Source: an uncultured virus (IMG/VR IMGVR_UViG_3300048029_000465) (lineage: Duplodnaviria; Heunggongvirae; Uroviricota; Caudoviricetes; Demerecviridae). Taken from it: 64,000 nt of DNA. Positions within the stretch are counted from its first letter, which is position 1. Every line of letters starts with the position of its first letter. Below, in pieces: positions 36,627 to 46,811 of this stretch. Under the pieces are notes generated by a model, which did not search any database, was not told the DNA's origin, and was given only the letters and a program-made list of their open reading frames with translations. The stretch lies in the IMG/VR virus record IMGVR_UViG_3300048029_000465, one strand, 5' to 3'. The translations under genes and the position numbers were made by a program.

Positions 36627-39401
36627 TTAAAAGTGGCTTGCTGTTGTAGCCCCACCTACATAGGGCTCTAAGAAATATGGCCCGTTGACATAACCTTTGC
36701 TAGTGTAAAAAACACTTCCACTATCAATAGTAGGAATGCTTTCTTCAATAGTACCTAGGTTGCTTTGTTTATTAACTAACTCTTCTGTGTTTATATATAA
36801 GTTAGATATTTCTTTTTTTGGTTGTCCTCTAAAAAAGTTAATATATGCTTCAATATTACTAATGGTTAGATTAGGAATTTTTCCTGCATGTATAACTCTT
36901 TCTTTAGATAAACCACGACTTTTTACTTTTTTACGTAATACTTTGGGAACATCTTTTTCAGTAAAAGATATGTTAAATAAAGAATCAAAGGGTCTTCCGT
37001 AGCCAAACCCTTCAATTTTAGAATTTAAAGTTACTTTAGCAAGGTTACTAAAGTGTTTAGGCTTTAACGTACTAAATTTTACTAAAATATCAGACTTTAT
37101 AGGCGTTAAGAATATATTTTTTCTATGCGCCTCTTTGCTTTTTAGTATTTCTGCATTATCTTTTAGTTTTACAGAAATACTACTAGACTGTGTACTTGCA
37201 GTATCTTTATAGTATTCTACTTGACCTTTAAGAGTATCAAGAGGTAAAGAACGCAAATTTAGCTTAGTGCCTTTTAAATCTATTCCATAGTCTTTAAAAA
37301 TAGACCGTGCATCAATTTTTATAATCTCATCTTTAGCAGATATACTCGGTTTAACTTTAAACTTACTTTTCGTAATTACTTTATTTAGTATTACTCTGCT
37401 TTTAGGGGTAAGGGTGCTTTCTATACCTTTTACAATTGTAAAAATAGTTGGCAATCTTATCTTTCTTTTAAACTTTAGTATCTCTAGTCCGGAAGATACT
37501 AAGGACTCCATACCTGTTCCGGGCTTAAAAGATAAAAAAGAATCATCAGCTTTTGGTCTTTCTGTTAAATTACTTACTTTTGTAGGAAGTATGAGTTCAA
37601 TAGATTTTGTTTTACTACTAAATGGCTTTATTAGTTTATAAGTTAAAATATCTGAAGGATGAGGTACAGTGTCTAAAAAGGGACGGGGCTTATTTTTAAA
37701 AGTAAGCTTACTGTCATCTAGCTTCAAATTTTCAGTATTGATTTTACTTTTGGGACTTAAAACAAATTTATTTAGTTTTACATAATTTTGTAATTGTTTA
37801 ACAGGAAATACATTTGTACTTTCTGAATGTGTTATTCTTTCTTCAGTGCCGGTGCGCTTTATAAAAGTTGTAAGGTCTTTTGCACTTAAAGAAACAAAGT
37901 CTCTGTTAGTTAAGAGTTTTGCTCTTAAAAAATCTAAAGTTCTTGTAGCTACTTTTGTCTTACTCTCTTTTCTAGTAAGAATAAAATTGGAGAGAGCGTC
38001 TTCTAAAGTAAACTTACTTGTAAAAAGCTTAGTTACTTTTGCTTTCGTGTCGCTCTCTAAGTCTACAAAATTTGTAATAGTAGTGCTTTTAGGGCTTAAA
38101 ACTTGTTCTAAGCTTTGAACTTTAGTTTTTGTAAAGTTTTTTATCGGAAAGACATCTTCAAGTATAGAAGTGTTTTTTACTCTTGATAAAAACTGTTTTC
38201 TAGTAAGCCGTTCTGTTCCGACATCTACAGCACTTAGTAAATCTACTTTACTAAAACTTCTAGATGGCTTAACGAACAACAATGAAGATACTTTATCAAA
38301 AACTTGTTTGTTAGGCAAAATATCTGTAACTTCATTACTAAAGGCAAAAACGTCTCGAAAAACCCTCTTTCTACTTCTAGTAATGTCAAATTCTTGAACA
38401 GTATTGATTGTATTGTTTAAAAAATTATGTTTTGCACTTAGTACCCGTTGTATGGTATTTAAGTATAATTCTTGCGTTTTTCTACTGGTCTTTTTAATTT
38501 CTAATATATCAAAGTATGTTTTGATAAGATGCCTTGATACACGAAGAGTTTGCTTGATTAGTACTTCGTCTGAAGAAGTAGTAATTTTATTGTTTAATAT
38601 ACTACTTCGTGCATTTAATACAGTTTGTAATGCTTTTGCATGTAATAAATACTTTTCTCTACTTGACTTTTTAAACGCAACAATTTCAAAACCAATCTTT
38701 GCAGAGTCTTGCGGCACTCTAGTACTTCGTTCAGTTTTAAAAGTATTAAATACCTTTACTCTTTCTAAGCTAATATTACTTTTTGCAGGCAAAGACTTAC
38801 TAATATATAAGACTCTGTCATTTTTTGCTGCTGTCTTTTCTTGAATAAAGAAAGTTTTATCTCGTAACTTTACTTTACTCTTAAATCTATTTGCTCTTTT
38901 TCTTTCTACTAAAACCTCTAAGGATGCCATTCCAATAACATCTTTAAAATCTCTTTTAGTATTCGTAATTCTAGAGAATATATCTATAAAGGAAACAGAA
39001 CTTTTAAATGTATCTGCTTTTGCTTGTATAGTTTGTTGTCTACTTTTTACTTTACTCTTTTTGCTTAAAGATATAGCATAAGGGTGTAGACTATCTGTTA
39101 AAGTTACTTGATTGGATAGTTTTCTCGACTTTTTAAACTTTAACGGATCTTCTTGTAAGAAAATTCTTGTAAAGTCAAAGTCTCTTTTAACTCGTACTTT
39201 ATAATCTAATGAAACATCAAATAAAGAAGGAGTGTTTGCAAAAAAAGACCCTACAGGAGCAGGGCTACTTAATCCATTAAATAATGGATTAGTTTCTTCT
39301 GTTAGTGCTATTTTAGTAAACTTTGGAGCAGTATCTAGTTTTTTAATGACTTTGGGGTCACTTAACAAATTTAATACTGTAACATTTACTTTAATAGACA
39401 T
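36627..39401 (-). CDS. Lys/Arg-rich repetitive protein in the side-fibre operon
   Basis: 924-aa uninterrupted ORF in AT-rich DNA, loose ~19-aa periodicity, C-terminal YFLEPYVG motif. Confidence 0.7.
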   Translation of the reverse strand: MSIKVNVTVLNLLSDPKVIKKLDTAPKFTKIALTEETNPLFNGLSSPAPVGSFFANTPSLFDVSLDYKVRVKRDFDFTRIFLQEDPLKFKKSRKLSNQVTLTDSLHPYAISLSKKSKVKSRQQTIQAKADTFKSSVSFIDIFSRITNTKRDFKDVIGMASLEVLVERKRANRFKSKVKLRDKTFFIQEKTAAKNDRVLYISKSLPAKSNISLERVKVFNTFKTERSTRVPQDSAKIGFEIVAFKKSSREKYLLHAKALQTVLNARSSILNNKITTSSDEVLIKQTLRVSRHLIKTYFDILEIKKTSRKTQELYLNTIQRVLSAKHNFLNNTINTVQEFDITRSRKRVFRDVFAFSNEVTDILPNKQVFDKVSSLLFVKPSRSFSKVDLLSAVDVGTERLTRKQFLSRVKNTSILEDVFPIKNFTKTKVQSLEQVLSPKSTTITNFVDLESDTKAKVTKLFTSKFTLEDALSNFILTRKESKTKVATRTLDFLRAKLLTNRDFVSLSAKDLTTFIKRTGTEERITHSESTNVFPVKQLQNYVKLNKFVLSPKSKINTENLKLDDSKLTFKNKPRPFLDTVPHPSDILTYKLIKPFSSKTKSIELILPTKVSNLTERPKADDSFLSFKPGTGMESLVSSGLEILKFKRKIRLPTIFTIVKGIESTLTPKSRVILNKVITKSKFKVKPSISAKDEIIKIDARSIFKDYGIDLKGTKLNLRSLPLDTLKGQVEYYKDTASTQSSSISVKLKDNAEILKSKEAHRKNIFLTPIKSDILVKFSTLKPKHFSNLAKVTLNSKIEGFGYGRPFDSLFNISFTEKDVPKVLRKKVKSRGLSKERVIHAGKIPNLTISNIEAYINFFRGQPKKEISNLYINTEELVNKQSNLGTIEESIPTIDSGSVFYTSKGYVNGPYFLEPYVGGATTASHF

Positions 39402-39584
39402 TTAAATTTTTAATATTATACTTACCGTACTGGCCTCTAATAAATTTGCGGTATTTGCAGTTGATTTAAGTAAACGAGGAGTTAAAGCAGTAGCAGTACC
39501 TAAAGTAGGTAAATTATATTCTAAAGTTGGTATAGGATTATTTACTAAAGAAGGTTTTCTTTTGTATATAAAAGGCTGCTTCAC
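39402..39584 (-). CDS. small hypothetical protein
   Basis: 60 aa, GTG start with AGAGGA upstream; exactly fills the gap between two genes. Confidence 0.5.
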   Translation of the reverse strand: MKQPFIYKRKPSLVNNPIPTLEYNLPTLGTATALTPRLLKSTANTANLLEASTVSIILKI

Positions 39585-39917
39585 TTAAAAGTCCTCTCTC
39601 ACTTTTAAGTCAATTAGTTCAAAAACACTAATAACACTACCGTCGGCTAGAGTAAATTCAATTTCTGCTTCGTAAAATCCTGCGGTTGTTGCTTCATTTG
39701 TTAAAAAAGAAGATAAAGGAAACACTAGTAGTCCTGTCCCTAAAACAGAATCATCAGGAGATAAGTCAATAGTTACAAGAGTAGTTGAAGTGCCTTTTTT
39801 TCTAATTTTTAAAACGGTATTACTGGTGCCTACAAACGCAGAACCGGTGTCTGATCTATTTACTGAAGCTTTTAATTGTGGCCCAGTGTCTCCTTTTACT
39901 AGTTGAATAATGTCCAT
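39585..39917 (-). CDS. BppU-N / T5 p132-like collar protein for side-fibre attachment
   Basis: I.LV.GDT.P.L...G.YEAEIEFT..DG...SV....LKVREDF Ig-like pattern; first gene of the fibre operon. Confidence 0.7.
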   Translation of the reverse strand: MDIIQLVKGDTGPQLKASVNRSDTGSAFVGTSNTVLKIRKKGTSTTLVTIDLSPDDSVLGTGLLVFPLSSFLTNEATTAGFYEAEIEFTLADGSVISVFELIDLKVREDF

Positions 39918-39965
39918 TAGATTTCAGGTTACTCCAAAAGGAGGCTTTTATGATTAGTTAAAATG

Positions 39966-40005
39966 ATTATATCAACCCCTAGATAAAAAGTCAAGATTTA
40001 TTTTT
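39966..40005 (-). promoter_or_regulatory. sigma70-type promoter of the side-fibre operon
   Basis: On - strand AAAAATAAATC-TTGACT(39994-39989)-17 bp-TATAAT(39971-39966). Confidence 0.85.
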
Positions 40006-40015
40006 CCTATGGGTT

Positions 40016-40042
40016 AAAAAGGAGGATAAGCTCCCTTTTTTT
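40016..40042 (-). terminator. intrinsic terminator ending the main tail operon
   Basis: On - strand GGGAG-cttatc-CTCCT-TTTT with A/T tracts on both sides, just after the 440-aa gene. Confidence 0.7.
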
Positions 40043-41363
40043 ACACGCCAGACGTGTGATTTATATAGTAAGTAAAAGTATTACTAGTAGTGTATGAAGT
40101 AGCCTCAGCATGTCTTGCTTCTAGAGTAATTGTTCCGTACACATCACACTCTCCATTATTTGACATAGTGCAAGTTACTGTGATCGCAGAAGAACTATCT
40201 CCGTAGGTACTAGTATATCCAAATGTGTGGGAAGATCTATTACCTGCAACTGTAAGGTCGCGTTCAACCCCATTAAAAGTAATTTTAAATGTATCTAAAC
40301 TACCAAGATTGTAGTTAAATGTAGTTACTTCGTGAGTAATACGATAGTCTACCCCATCCTCCATATCGGGCCCAAAACCAAGCTCCCAGTTATTCCTGCT
40401 CCAATTTAAAACTACTGAGTCGTTGCCAAAACCAAAACCCGATAAATTAGGAGGAGGTGTTGAAAAGAATATAGTAGTAAATGAATTGTAAAAATCATCG
40501 AGGTCTATAGTACCCGATGCGGGTACACCACTATTATTTGGAGTACCCGTTGTATTATTTGGTACATAAGTGCCTCCTCTGTAATAGTCCCCCAAAGATA
40601 CAGAGGAACCTAAACGAGGCCCAAAAAACTTTCGTACGTCATTCATACTTATTGCACCGCTACTAACGGGAAACGGAATTCGTTGGCCTGATGCGGACGG
40701 ATCTGCTCCTGTCGTAATATTTTTGGTAACCGTCAGGGTTCCAACGGTAACCGATGCATTGGTTACTGTACTGTACGAGGACGACGAGTCACCCCATATA
40801 TGAATTTCATCCCCATTGCTAACTGTCTTGTTTGTAGTATCTTTGTCCCCGTCAGAGCCCACTCGACTTTCAGTATTGGCACTGCCGCTAACGCTACATG
40901 TCACATTTACGCCTGAGCCAAGACCAGAAACAGTAAACGATCCGAGGTAATACTCTTGACTTAAGTTTGCGTTTGATACGGTATCAAGGTCACTACTAAA
41001 GTTATCAGGGGTTTCGTCTACTGGAGGTGTTGGATCATTAATACTTACGTATATATACCCGGTCGTATAGCCCGTAGCAGTAACACGAATTTGATCAGTA
41101 ACACTATGCGTAGCATCTGACTTAACAGTTTTTACCCCTGTTGATCCACGAGACACAGCAATACTTGAAGTGTTAGTCCAAATTGTAGAAGCCCATTGAT
41201 CAACAGTAATAGACGTAGCATCCGAGCCACTAGAATGACTAACGGTTAACGTATCACTTTGATCTAATTGAATAGGGTTAGAGCTTGTTCCTCCACTAGA
41301 GATAGTGAAGTCTCCGGATCCTCCAAGATCAGTGCCTAAAACTGTTACCGTATGGTTTGCCAT
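40041..41363 (-). CDS. putative fibre-tip adhesin
   Basis: Ser/Thr-rich Ig-like N-half; internal P.SSGAISM.DV..FFG...SL.DYYRGG.YVP...VP.SGTI.L.DFY motif of proteins that follow S74 fibres. Confidence 0.6.
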   Translation of the reverse strand: MANHTVTVLGTDLGGSGDFTISSGGTSSNPIQLDQSDTLTVSHSSGSDATSITVDQWASTIWTNTSSIAVSRGSTGVKTVKSDATHSVTDQIRVTATGYTTGYIYVSINDPTPPVDETPDNFSSDLDTVSNANLSQEYYLGSFTVSGLGSGVNVTCSVSGSANTESRVGSDGDKDTTNKTVSNGDEIHIWGDSSSSYSTVTNASVTVGTLTVTKNITTGADPSASGQRIPFPVSSGAISMNDVRKFFGPRLGSSVSLGDYYRGGTYVPNNTTGTPNNSGVPASGTIDLDDFYNSFTTIFFSTPPPNLSGFGFGNDSVVLNWSRNNWELGFGPDMEDGVDYRITHEVTTFNYNLGSLDTFKITFNGVERDLTVAGNRSSHTFGYTSTYGDSSSAITVTCTMSNNGECDVYGTITLEARHAEATSYTTSNTFTYYINHTSGV

Positions 41364-41366
41364 TTA

Positions 41367-41624
41367 TTATGTCCAGAGTGCCGTAGCGATATCCTGTACC
41401 ATTTGATCTTCGCCAGAAACATCTGTAGCTACTGGAGTAGCGCCTTCTTCTGCTGGCTGATATCGCTTTAAAACTTTAGACTTTGTGCTTGTAATCGGAA
41501 GCTCTGTGTCCTCCGAGTCATCAAACACATGAGTATAGATAACCATGATGCAGGGGTCTGTTTCTGCTCCTTCTGCGGGGTATACTTCAATACGCTGTAC
41601 TGTACGAATATTAGTTATTGCCAT
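41367..41624 (-). CDS. small fibre-associated protein (possible assembly chaperone)
   Basis: 85 aa directly after the S74 fibre; ends DVSGED..VQ.I..ALWT. Confidence 0.6.
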   Translation of the reverse strand: MAITNIRTVQRIEVYPAEGAETDPCIMVIYTHVFDDSEDTELPITSTKSKVLKRYQPAEEGATPVATDVSGEDQMVQDIATALWT

Positions 41625-44600
41625 TTTCTATTTCCTTTATTCTTTGAGTCAAAGACTCTATAGTTTGTTGTTGCTCTTTAGCGGTCTCTACAAGTAAACC
41701 TATGATTGCTTGATAGTCCACGGCTTTCATCATATCACCGTCTCGTATTTTAGTCTCTTTTACAATACTCGGCATAACTTGCTCAATTTCTTGAGCTATA
41801 ACACCGCCCGAGGACTCTCCTGATTGTTTCCAATCGAATGTATACCCCGAGATTGCTTTAATTTTTTCAATTGGGTTTTCAATAACGTCAATATTTTCTT
41901 TTTGATTGATGTCAGAAATACTGGTAGTTGTATAGGCAGTAATATTGCCTTCACACTCTAAGTCCCCGCCTGCTGTAACACGAACACGATCAACGATATC
42001 AACGTAGTCTGATGTACCTTCTACGCAGTCAATCATCTCAATATTGCCTGCTTTTATAAGGACACGATCAACTTCAAACCTCAAATGCGTACCAGGATTG
42101 CTGGTATGGCGAAGATACGCGTTCATGAATATATCTGAAGTAAATGTAACTTCGCCAGTCGCAGTATCGTTGGCATCGCTACGAATAAACGAGGAGGCGT
42201 GTAACCCATCAACCGTATCGCAATTTGTGCTGGTCGTTTCTACGCTAACAGAATTAACTATAAACTCACATTCTCCGGATTCGATAGTTATAGTACCATC
42301 TTCGTTTTGTGCATAATTACCAATTGATATGGTATCATTTGCTGAAAGATACAGCATAGTTTCAATTTTATTATTCGAGAATCTGCCGTATGAAGAGCCC
42401 CGGTCATAGTCATATGTTGCTGTGCTTAAAACTTCTGTTCCATTTTTTTCAACATAAGCACGAATAGTATTACGTTGAGATGATTCTGCATTATCGTACA
42501 CCATATTTGCGTAAATACGATACCAGCCTGCTGAGGCTACAGTAACTACGCCGCTTGAGTGCGAGAATGTTGTAGTATCATTATGCTCTTCTAGGTTAAA
42601 ATTAACAGTAAATTCATTTGCAGAGCCTTGATCTACGGCTGCGTTAATATTTGTTTTAAGATGACACACGTGAGTATCGTAATCAGCCGTAGTCAAAACT
42701 GTACTACCGTTTGAAGTGATATTCGCAAACGTTCCATTTCCTGATGTATCAATACGAGTTGTGTCGCTAATCTTTAAATTAGAGCGTAAATCGACAACTG
42801 CGTCAGAAGTGCCTAGATACAGCTTACTGGCACTGTGGTCACGCCAAATGAAATTTGAAGTTGTGTCAGTCGCGTCTTTAATAATGAAGTCAACGTCACT
42901 GGCAATAAGCGTATGCGCTCCGCTTGCTGAAATTCCTCCTATGTTTGTAAGGTTACGAGACGCATCAATAATTGTTTGACCGCCTACCTGTATTGGGTTT
43001 GTGGCATCAACGAAGTTTGCCGCCCCTTCGAAGCGCGCCAATCCATATACTTTAAGGTCGTAATTGCTGTCTGCCGCGCCTCCGATTGCAACATCTCCGA
43101 AGGACGATGAATCTGTGCTAGTAATAGCGCCCGATGAGATGGTGCCACTGAAGGTGGCGCTTTTGTTAGATAAATTTAGGGCAAGAATGTCATTTGAAGC
43201 GCTTGGAGTATTCGTCTTGCCAAAGAAAAGTCCGTTAGCATTATTGACAATGTAAGCGTCTAAATCTGATCCCGCTGTATCAACAAAATACAAGCGTGGG
43301 AAGTCTCCAGTTATCGTTATGTCACCACTAGCAATGGTGCCTATATTTTTAAGATTGCGGGTGTCGCCTTCAACTATTTGATTAGAACCAACCCAGTAAC
43401 CATTAGCGCTACTCGTACCAGCTAAGACGTAACCAAAATTAGCTGACAAGTTTCCGTTAACGCCGATGCTTCCGGTCGTCATGGTGAAGTTGCCAGCAAC
43501 AGTCAAGTTGTTAGCAATAACATCGCCATCAGACTCAATTCTTTCTATGCCGTTCACTACGACGCTATTCGCTGTCACGGTGCCAGAGCTTGTGATGTTC
43601 CCAGAGCTTATGGTGCCTATATTTATAAGATTGCGGTCTTCTGATACAATTCGCGTATCTCCTACTCCAAACCCTTTATGGGAGTATGCAACAGTCTCAT
43701 AGGGCTCATTTGGAAGCATGATGCCCGTAGACTTGAATATGTAAATAGCAACAATATAAGTTTTTGCTGTGCTTGCAAGCCAAGCTTTAAATGTGTTTGA
43801 CCCAGTAACAACATCATCTGTAATATCTATAACATGCCATGAATCAGTATCGTTTGTGGCTTCTCCCGCCGCATCTACTGCGTCTAAATATTCTAATTTA
43901 TACTCAGTTCCGCCATTTACAGCAATACGAGGATCATTCACGCTTTCTGCATCGTTCATTTTTACCTTAGCAAAGAAACGAGCACCAGTAGCAGCTGTAA
44001 TAGTAAAGGTTTTACTAAAAGACGCAGTTGCGTATGTTTCTGATTCAGATAAGTATCCCTCACTAGATGAATTGTGGTCGTCATCATTCCATGCAAAGAT
44101 AATATCATCGTCTGCATCTATTCCGGTTCCTCCCGTGCCGTCTGAAGCAATTACGCGCATGCCAGGCTTAAAATCGTAAGATCCTTCGCTTGCAACAAGA
44201 GGGTCTGCGGCTCTACTTCCTAGTTCAAATACTGTGTGTCCACTAGTTGGAGGACTAACAGTTAGCGTTCCTTGTATTTCTGCACTTGGCGCTGTGAGGC
44301 TTTGTGTGCCGCCCTGCAATCCAACGAAATGGTCAATATGGGCCTTCGTAAAGTGACCCGTATGCCACAACTTCACTAGACCGTTGCCGAGTGTTTTTGC
44401 CGTATCGCCATCGTCACCCAAGAAGTAAACGCCGAAGGGATCGGAACCAGAAATATTTCCATGCGACGGAACGTCAGAGTCGGTGTCATTGGCGTCAACG
44501 ATCATTTGGTAAGCAAACTGAAAATCGGTGTCTGTAACTTCACCATTATTAAGACGTAGCGACTTTGCATAGACGTAGCCACTTGTCGTACCTGCTGTAA

Positions 44601-46791
44601 TAAACCCAGAGCCACTGCCAGCCGTTATGTTGCCCGATGACGTAATGCTACCTGACCCTATCGTGCCTATGTTTATTATGTTACGAGTGTCACCCTCAAT
44701 AATTTCTGTACCGCCAATATAAAAGCCGCCCGTTGAGGTTGCCGCAGCTTTAACGTAGCCGCTACTTGTGTAGTTAGCCGCAAAGGCATTACCAGCGTTA
44801 TCAAAAACTTTGGTGTAACCGGTACTTGTAGGTGCTAAACCAATATTGTTGTTTGGGTTGCCAACGCGAATGTCATTAGTTTGACCGTTGACAAGTAAAC
44901 CGACGCTGTAATTAGCTGTTGTGCCTGCTGTAGCAATAATCGGACCTGCATTAAGGCTCACACTACCATTTAACCCGTGACCTTCCATTAATATCTTAGC
45001 TTGTCCGTCGCCGTCGCTGATTGTCTGACCAGCATCGTTGACGTTAAGCATGATGTTGTAATTGCCTTGGCCGTCGTTAAGGGTGTGAACAACTGAGTCG
45101 CTACCGCCGCCGTCTTCAAAAACTAAAGCCGTTTGGTTATAACGATCAATACGAAGTTTTCGGGTTTCCAGTGTGCCTATGTGTGTAATGTTTTGCGTGA
45201 AGGTAGTATCTACACTATTGAAACTAGCAACGGCGCTTCCGTTGTAGTGAAGTTCAAGGCCCCCTGTGCCGTCATAAATGACCAAACCGTTGTTCTGTTG
45301 CGCGTTGAGTATCGACCAGTCACCGCCAGTTTCCGTAAACGTCAGATTATCTGACCCGCCGGTGAGCGTAAGTGCATTGAACGTTCCCGTGCCTGTACTA
45401 GTGATAGCGCCACTTGAGATAGTGCCTAGATTTTTTAGATTACGCGTCGATCCTTCTAAGATCTGAGTAGCTCCGGCGTATATCCCTACTGCTGTTGCTG
45501 CTGTGCTAGTGATGAATGAGCCGTCTGCTGTAATATTATTACTGGCTGTCATGTTTCCAGACTGATCTATGATTAAAAGCTCATTTCCTGAAGTTACACT
45601 GTGTTTATACAGTTCAAACTGATTGTTGGTATCATCATTATTGTCATCAATTACAAGACGAATATCTCTTGCAGATTTTATTTCTACTTCTTTTGCATTC
45701 GCTCCGTCTATTATAAGTGCAGTACCGTCGCTAGTAATTTGACCATCATCAAATATCACATTTCCTGAAGTAGTAATTGTCCCCGTACTAATCGCGTTTG
45801 TAGTAGTATTTCCTCGACCAGTTACTGAATCTAAGGTATCGCTTTCTGATGTAAGATAGCCACTGACGTCGGCACTAGTTAAATAGCCTTGAGTACTGTG
45901 ATCGCCCCAGCTATACGCTGTATCCCAGTTGGTGTTGTTGTAGTGTGACAACCCAGAAACGCTGGTGCTTAGCGACGCAGTTACGGCTTGATTAGACCCA
46001 TTGCCAATAAAAATGTTGCCATTGTTCAAATTGGGGGTAGCGTTAGAGCGGCCCGCGCCATACACCTCGCCACCTCCGTTAGTAGCATGAACTTTAGTAA
46101 CCGTGCCTAAGTTTTGGACTTGGTTACCTTCACCCGTTGGAGCAGAATTAGTAAACCCGCCGGATGCGCCAACATAGATAGTGTCGCCTTCAGAAAACGA
46201 AGAAGTATCCACGCCAGATATGCGGCCCATAAGAATGCCACGCCCTTCGGCTTGATTAGCCAAAGTTTCGCCCGCAATAAAATGCGCTGGCATTGTTGAG
46301 GCAGTGCCAGCTAAGGCTGGGACGACTTCAAAAGTAGCTGTGCCTGAAGTTCCCGTCTGGTGTACAGGCGTACCTTTAGCAATAGAAGAGCCTGAGACGT
46401 TTTTTAAATTTACTTCAACAGTTTCCGCGCGAACATCTTGGAGGTCAGAGCCATCACCATCAGATACTAAGTACCCAGCAGTTGAGTGGTCGCCCCAACC
46501 ATATGCTGTATTCCAGTTATCAGAGTTGCCGCCTGTTGCGCTTATTTTGCTCTGCACAACGAGGCCATAAGTAGCACCGCTTTGAATGTATGCCATGAGA
46601 TTGCCGCCGGCAGTGAAGCCTATCTGGTTCGAGCCGTACTTATACATACCAGTACTTGATTCGCCATCAAATGAGAACGCCGCTTTAGATACAGTCCCGT
46701 TAGATGCGTAAAATCGTCTAACACTAGAAATGACTTCGTCATCTCCGATAGATATTCCATTTTTTACTTTAAAATTCTTTTCTGTTGCCAT
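41611..46791 (-). CDS. long tail fibre with C1q-like domain and C-terminal intramolecular chaperone (peptidase S74)
   Basis: SDINQKENI..I...I.KI..I.G..F.WK...GVIAQE.E...P..V...VDY; C1q-like FN....F....G..TV..AGWY; N-terminal KNFKVKNG. Confidence 0.85.
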   Translation of the reverse strand: MATEKNFKVKNGISIGDDEVISSVRRFYASNGTVSKAAFSFDGESSTGMYKYGSNQIGFTAGGNLMAYIQSGATYGLVVQSKISATGGNSDNWNTAYGWGDHSTAGYLVSDGDGSDLQDVRAETVEVNLKNVSGSSIAKGTPVHQTGTSGTATFEVVPALAGTASTMPAHFIAGETLANQAEGRGILMGRISGVDTSSFSEGDTIYVGASGGFTNSAPTGEGNQVQNLGTVTKVHATNGGGEVYGAGRSNATPNLNNGNIFIGNGSNQAVTASLSTSVSGLSHYNNTNWDTAYSWGDHSTQGYLTSADVSGYLTSESDTLDSVTGRGNTTTNAISTGTITTSGNVIFDDGQITSDGTALIIDGANAKEVEIKSARDIRLVIDDNNDDTNNQFELYKHSVTSGNELLIIDQSGNMTASNNITADGSFITSTAATAVGIYAGATQILEGSTRNLKNLGTISSGAITSTGTGTFNALTLTGGSDNLTFTETGGDWSILNAQQNNGLVIYDGTGGLELHYNGSAVASFNSVDTTFTQNITHIGTLETRKLRIDRYNQTALVFEDGGGSDSVVHTLNDGQGNYNIMLNVNDAGQTISDGDGQAKILMEGHGLNGSVSLNAGPIIATAGTTANYSVGLLVNGQTNDIRVGNPNNNIGLAPTSTGYTKVFDNAGNAFAANYTSSGYVKAAATSTGGFYIGGTEIIEGDTRNIINIGTIGSGSITSSGNITAGSGSGFITAGTTSGYVYAKSLRLNNGEVTDTDFQFAYQMIVDANDTDSDVPSHGNISGSDPFGVYFLGDDGDTAKTLGNGLVKLWHTGHFTKAHIDHFVGLQGGTQSLTAPSAEIQGTLTVSPPTSGHTVFELGSRAADPLVASEGSYDFKPGMRVIASDGTGGTGIDADDDIIFAWNDDDHNSSSEGYLSESETYATASFSKTFTITAATGARFFAKVKMNDAESVNDPRIAVNGGTEYKLEYLDAVDAAGEATNDTDSWHVIDITDDVVTGSNTFKAWLASTAKTYIVAIYIFKSTGIMLPNEPYETVAYSHKGFGVGDTRIVSEDRNLINIGTISSGNITSSGTVTANSVVVNGIERIESDGDVIANNLTVAGNFTMTTGSIGVNGNLSANFGYVLAGTSSANGYWVGSNQIVEGDTRNLKNIGTIASGDITITGDFPRLYFVDTAGSDLDAYIVNNANGLFFGKTNTPSASNDILALNLSNKSATFSGTISSGAITSTDSSSFGDVAIGGAADSNYDLKVYGLARFEGAANFVDATNPIQVGGQTIIDASRNLTNIGGISASGAHTLIASDVDFIIKDATDTTSNFIWRDHSASKLYLGTSDAVVDLRSNLKISDTTRIDTSGNGTFANITSNGSTVLTTADYDTHVCHLKTNINAAVDQGSANEFTVNFNLEEHNDTTTFSHSSGVVTVASAGWYRIYANMVYDNAESSQRNTIRAYVEKNGTEVLSTATYDYDRGSSYGRFSNNKIETMLYLSANDTISIGNYAQNEDGTITIESGECEFIVNSVSVETTSTNCDTVDGLHASSFIRSDANDTATGEVTFTSDIFMNAYLRHTSNPGTHLRFEVDRVLIKAGNIEMIDCVEGTSDYVDIVDRVRVTAGGDLECEGNITAYTTTSISDINQKENIDVIENPIEKIKAISGYTFDWKQSGESSGGVIAQEIEQVMPSIVKETKIRDGDMMKAVDYQAIIGLLVETAKEQQQTIESLTQRIKEIENGNN

Positions 46792-46811
46792 TTGGTTTCA
46801 CTCTCCACCAA

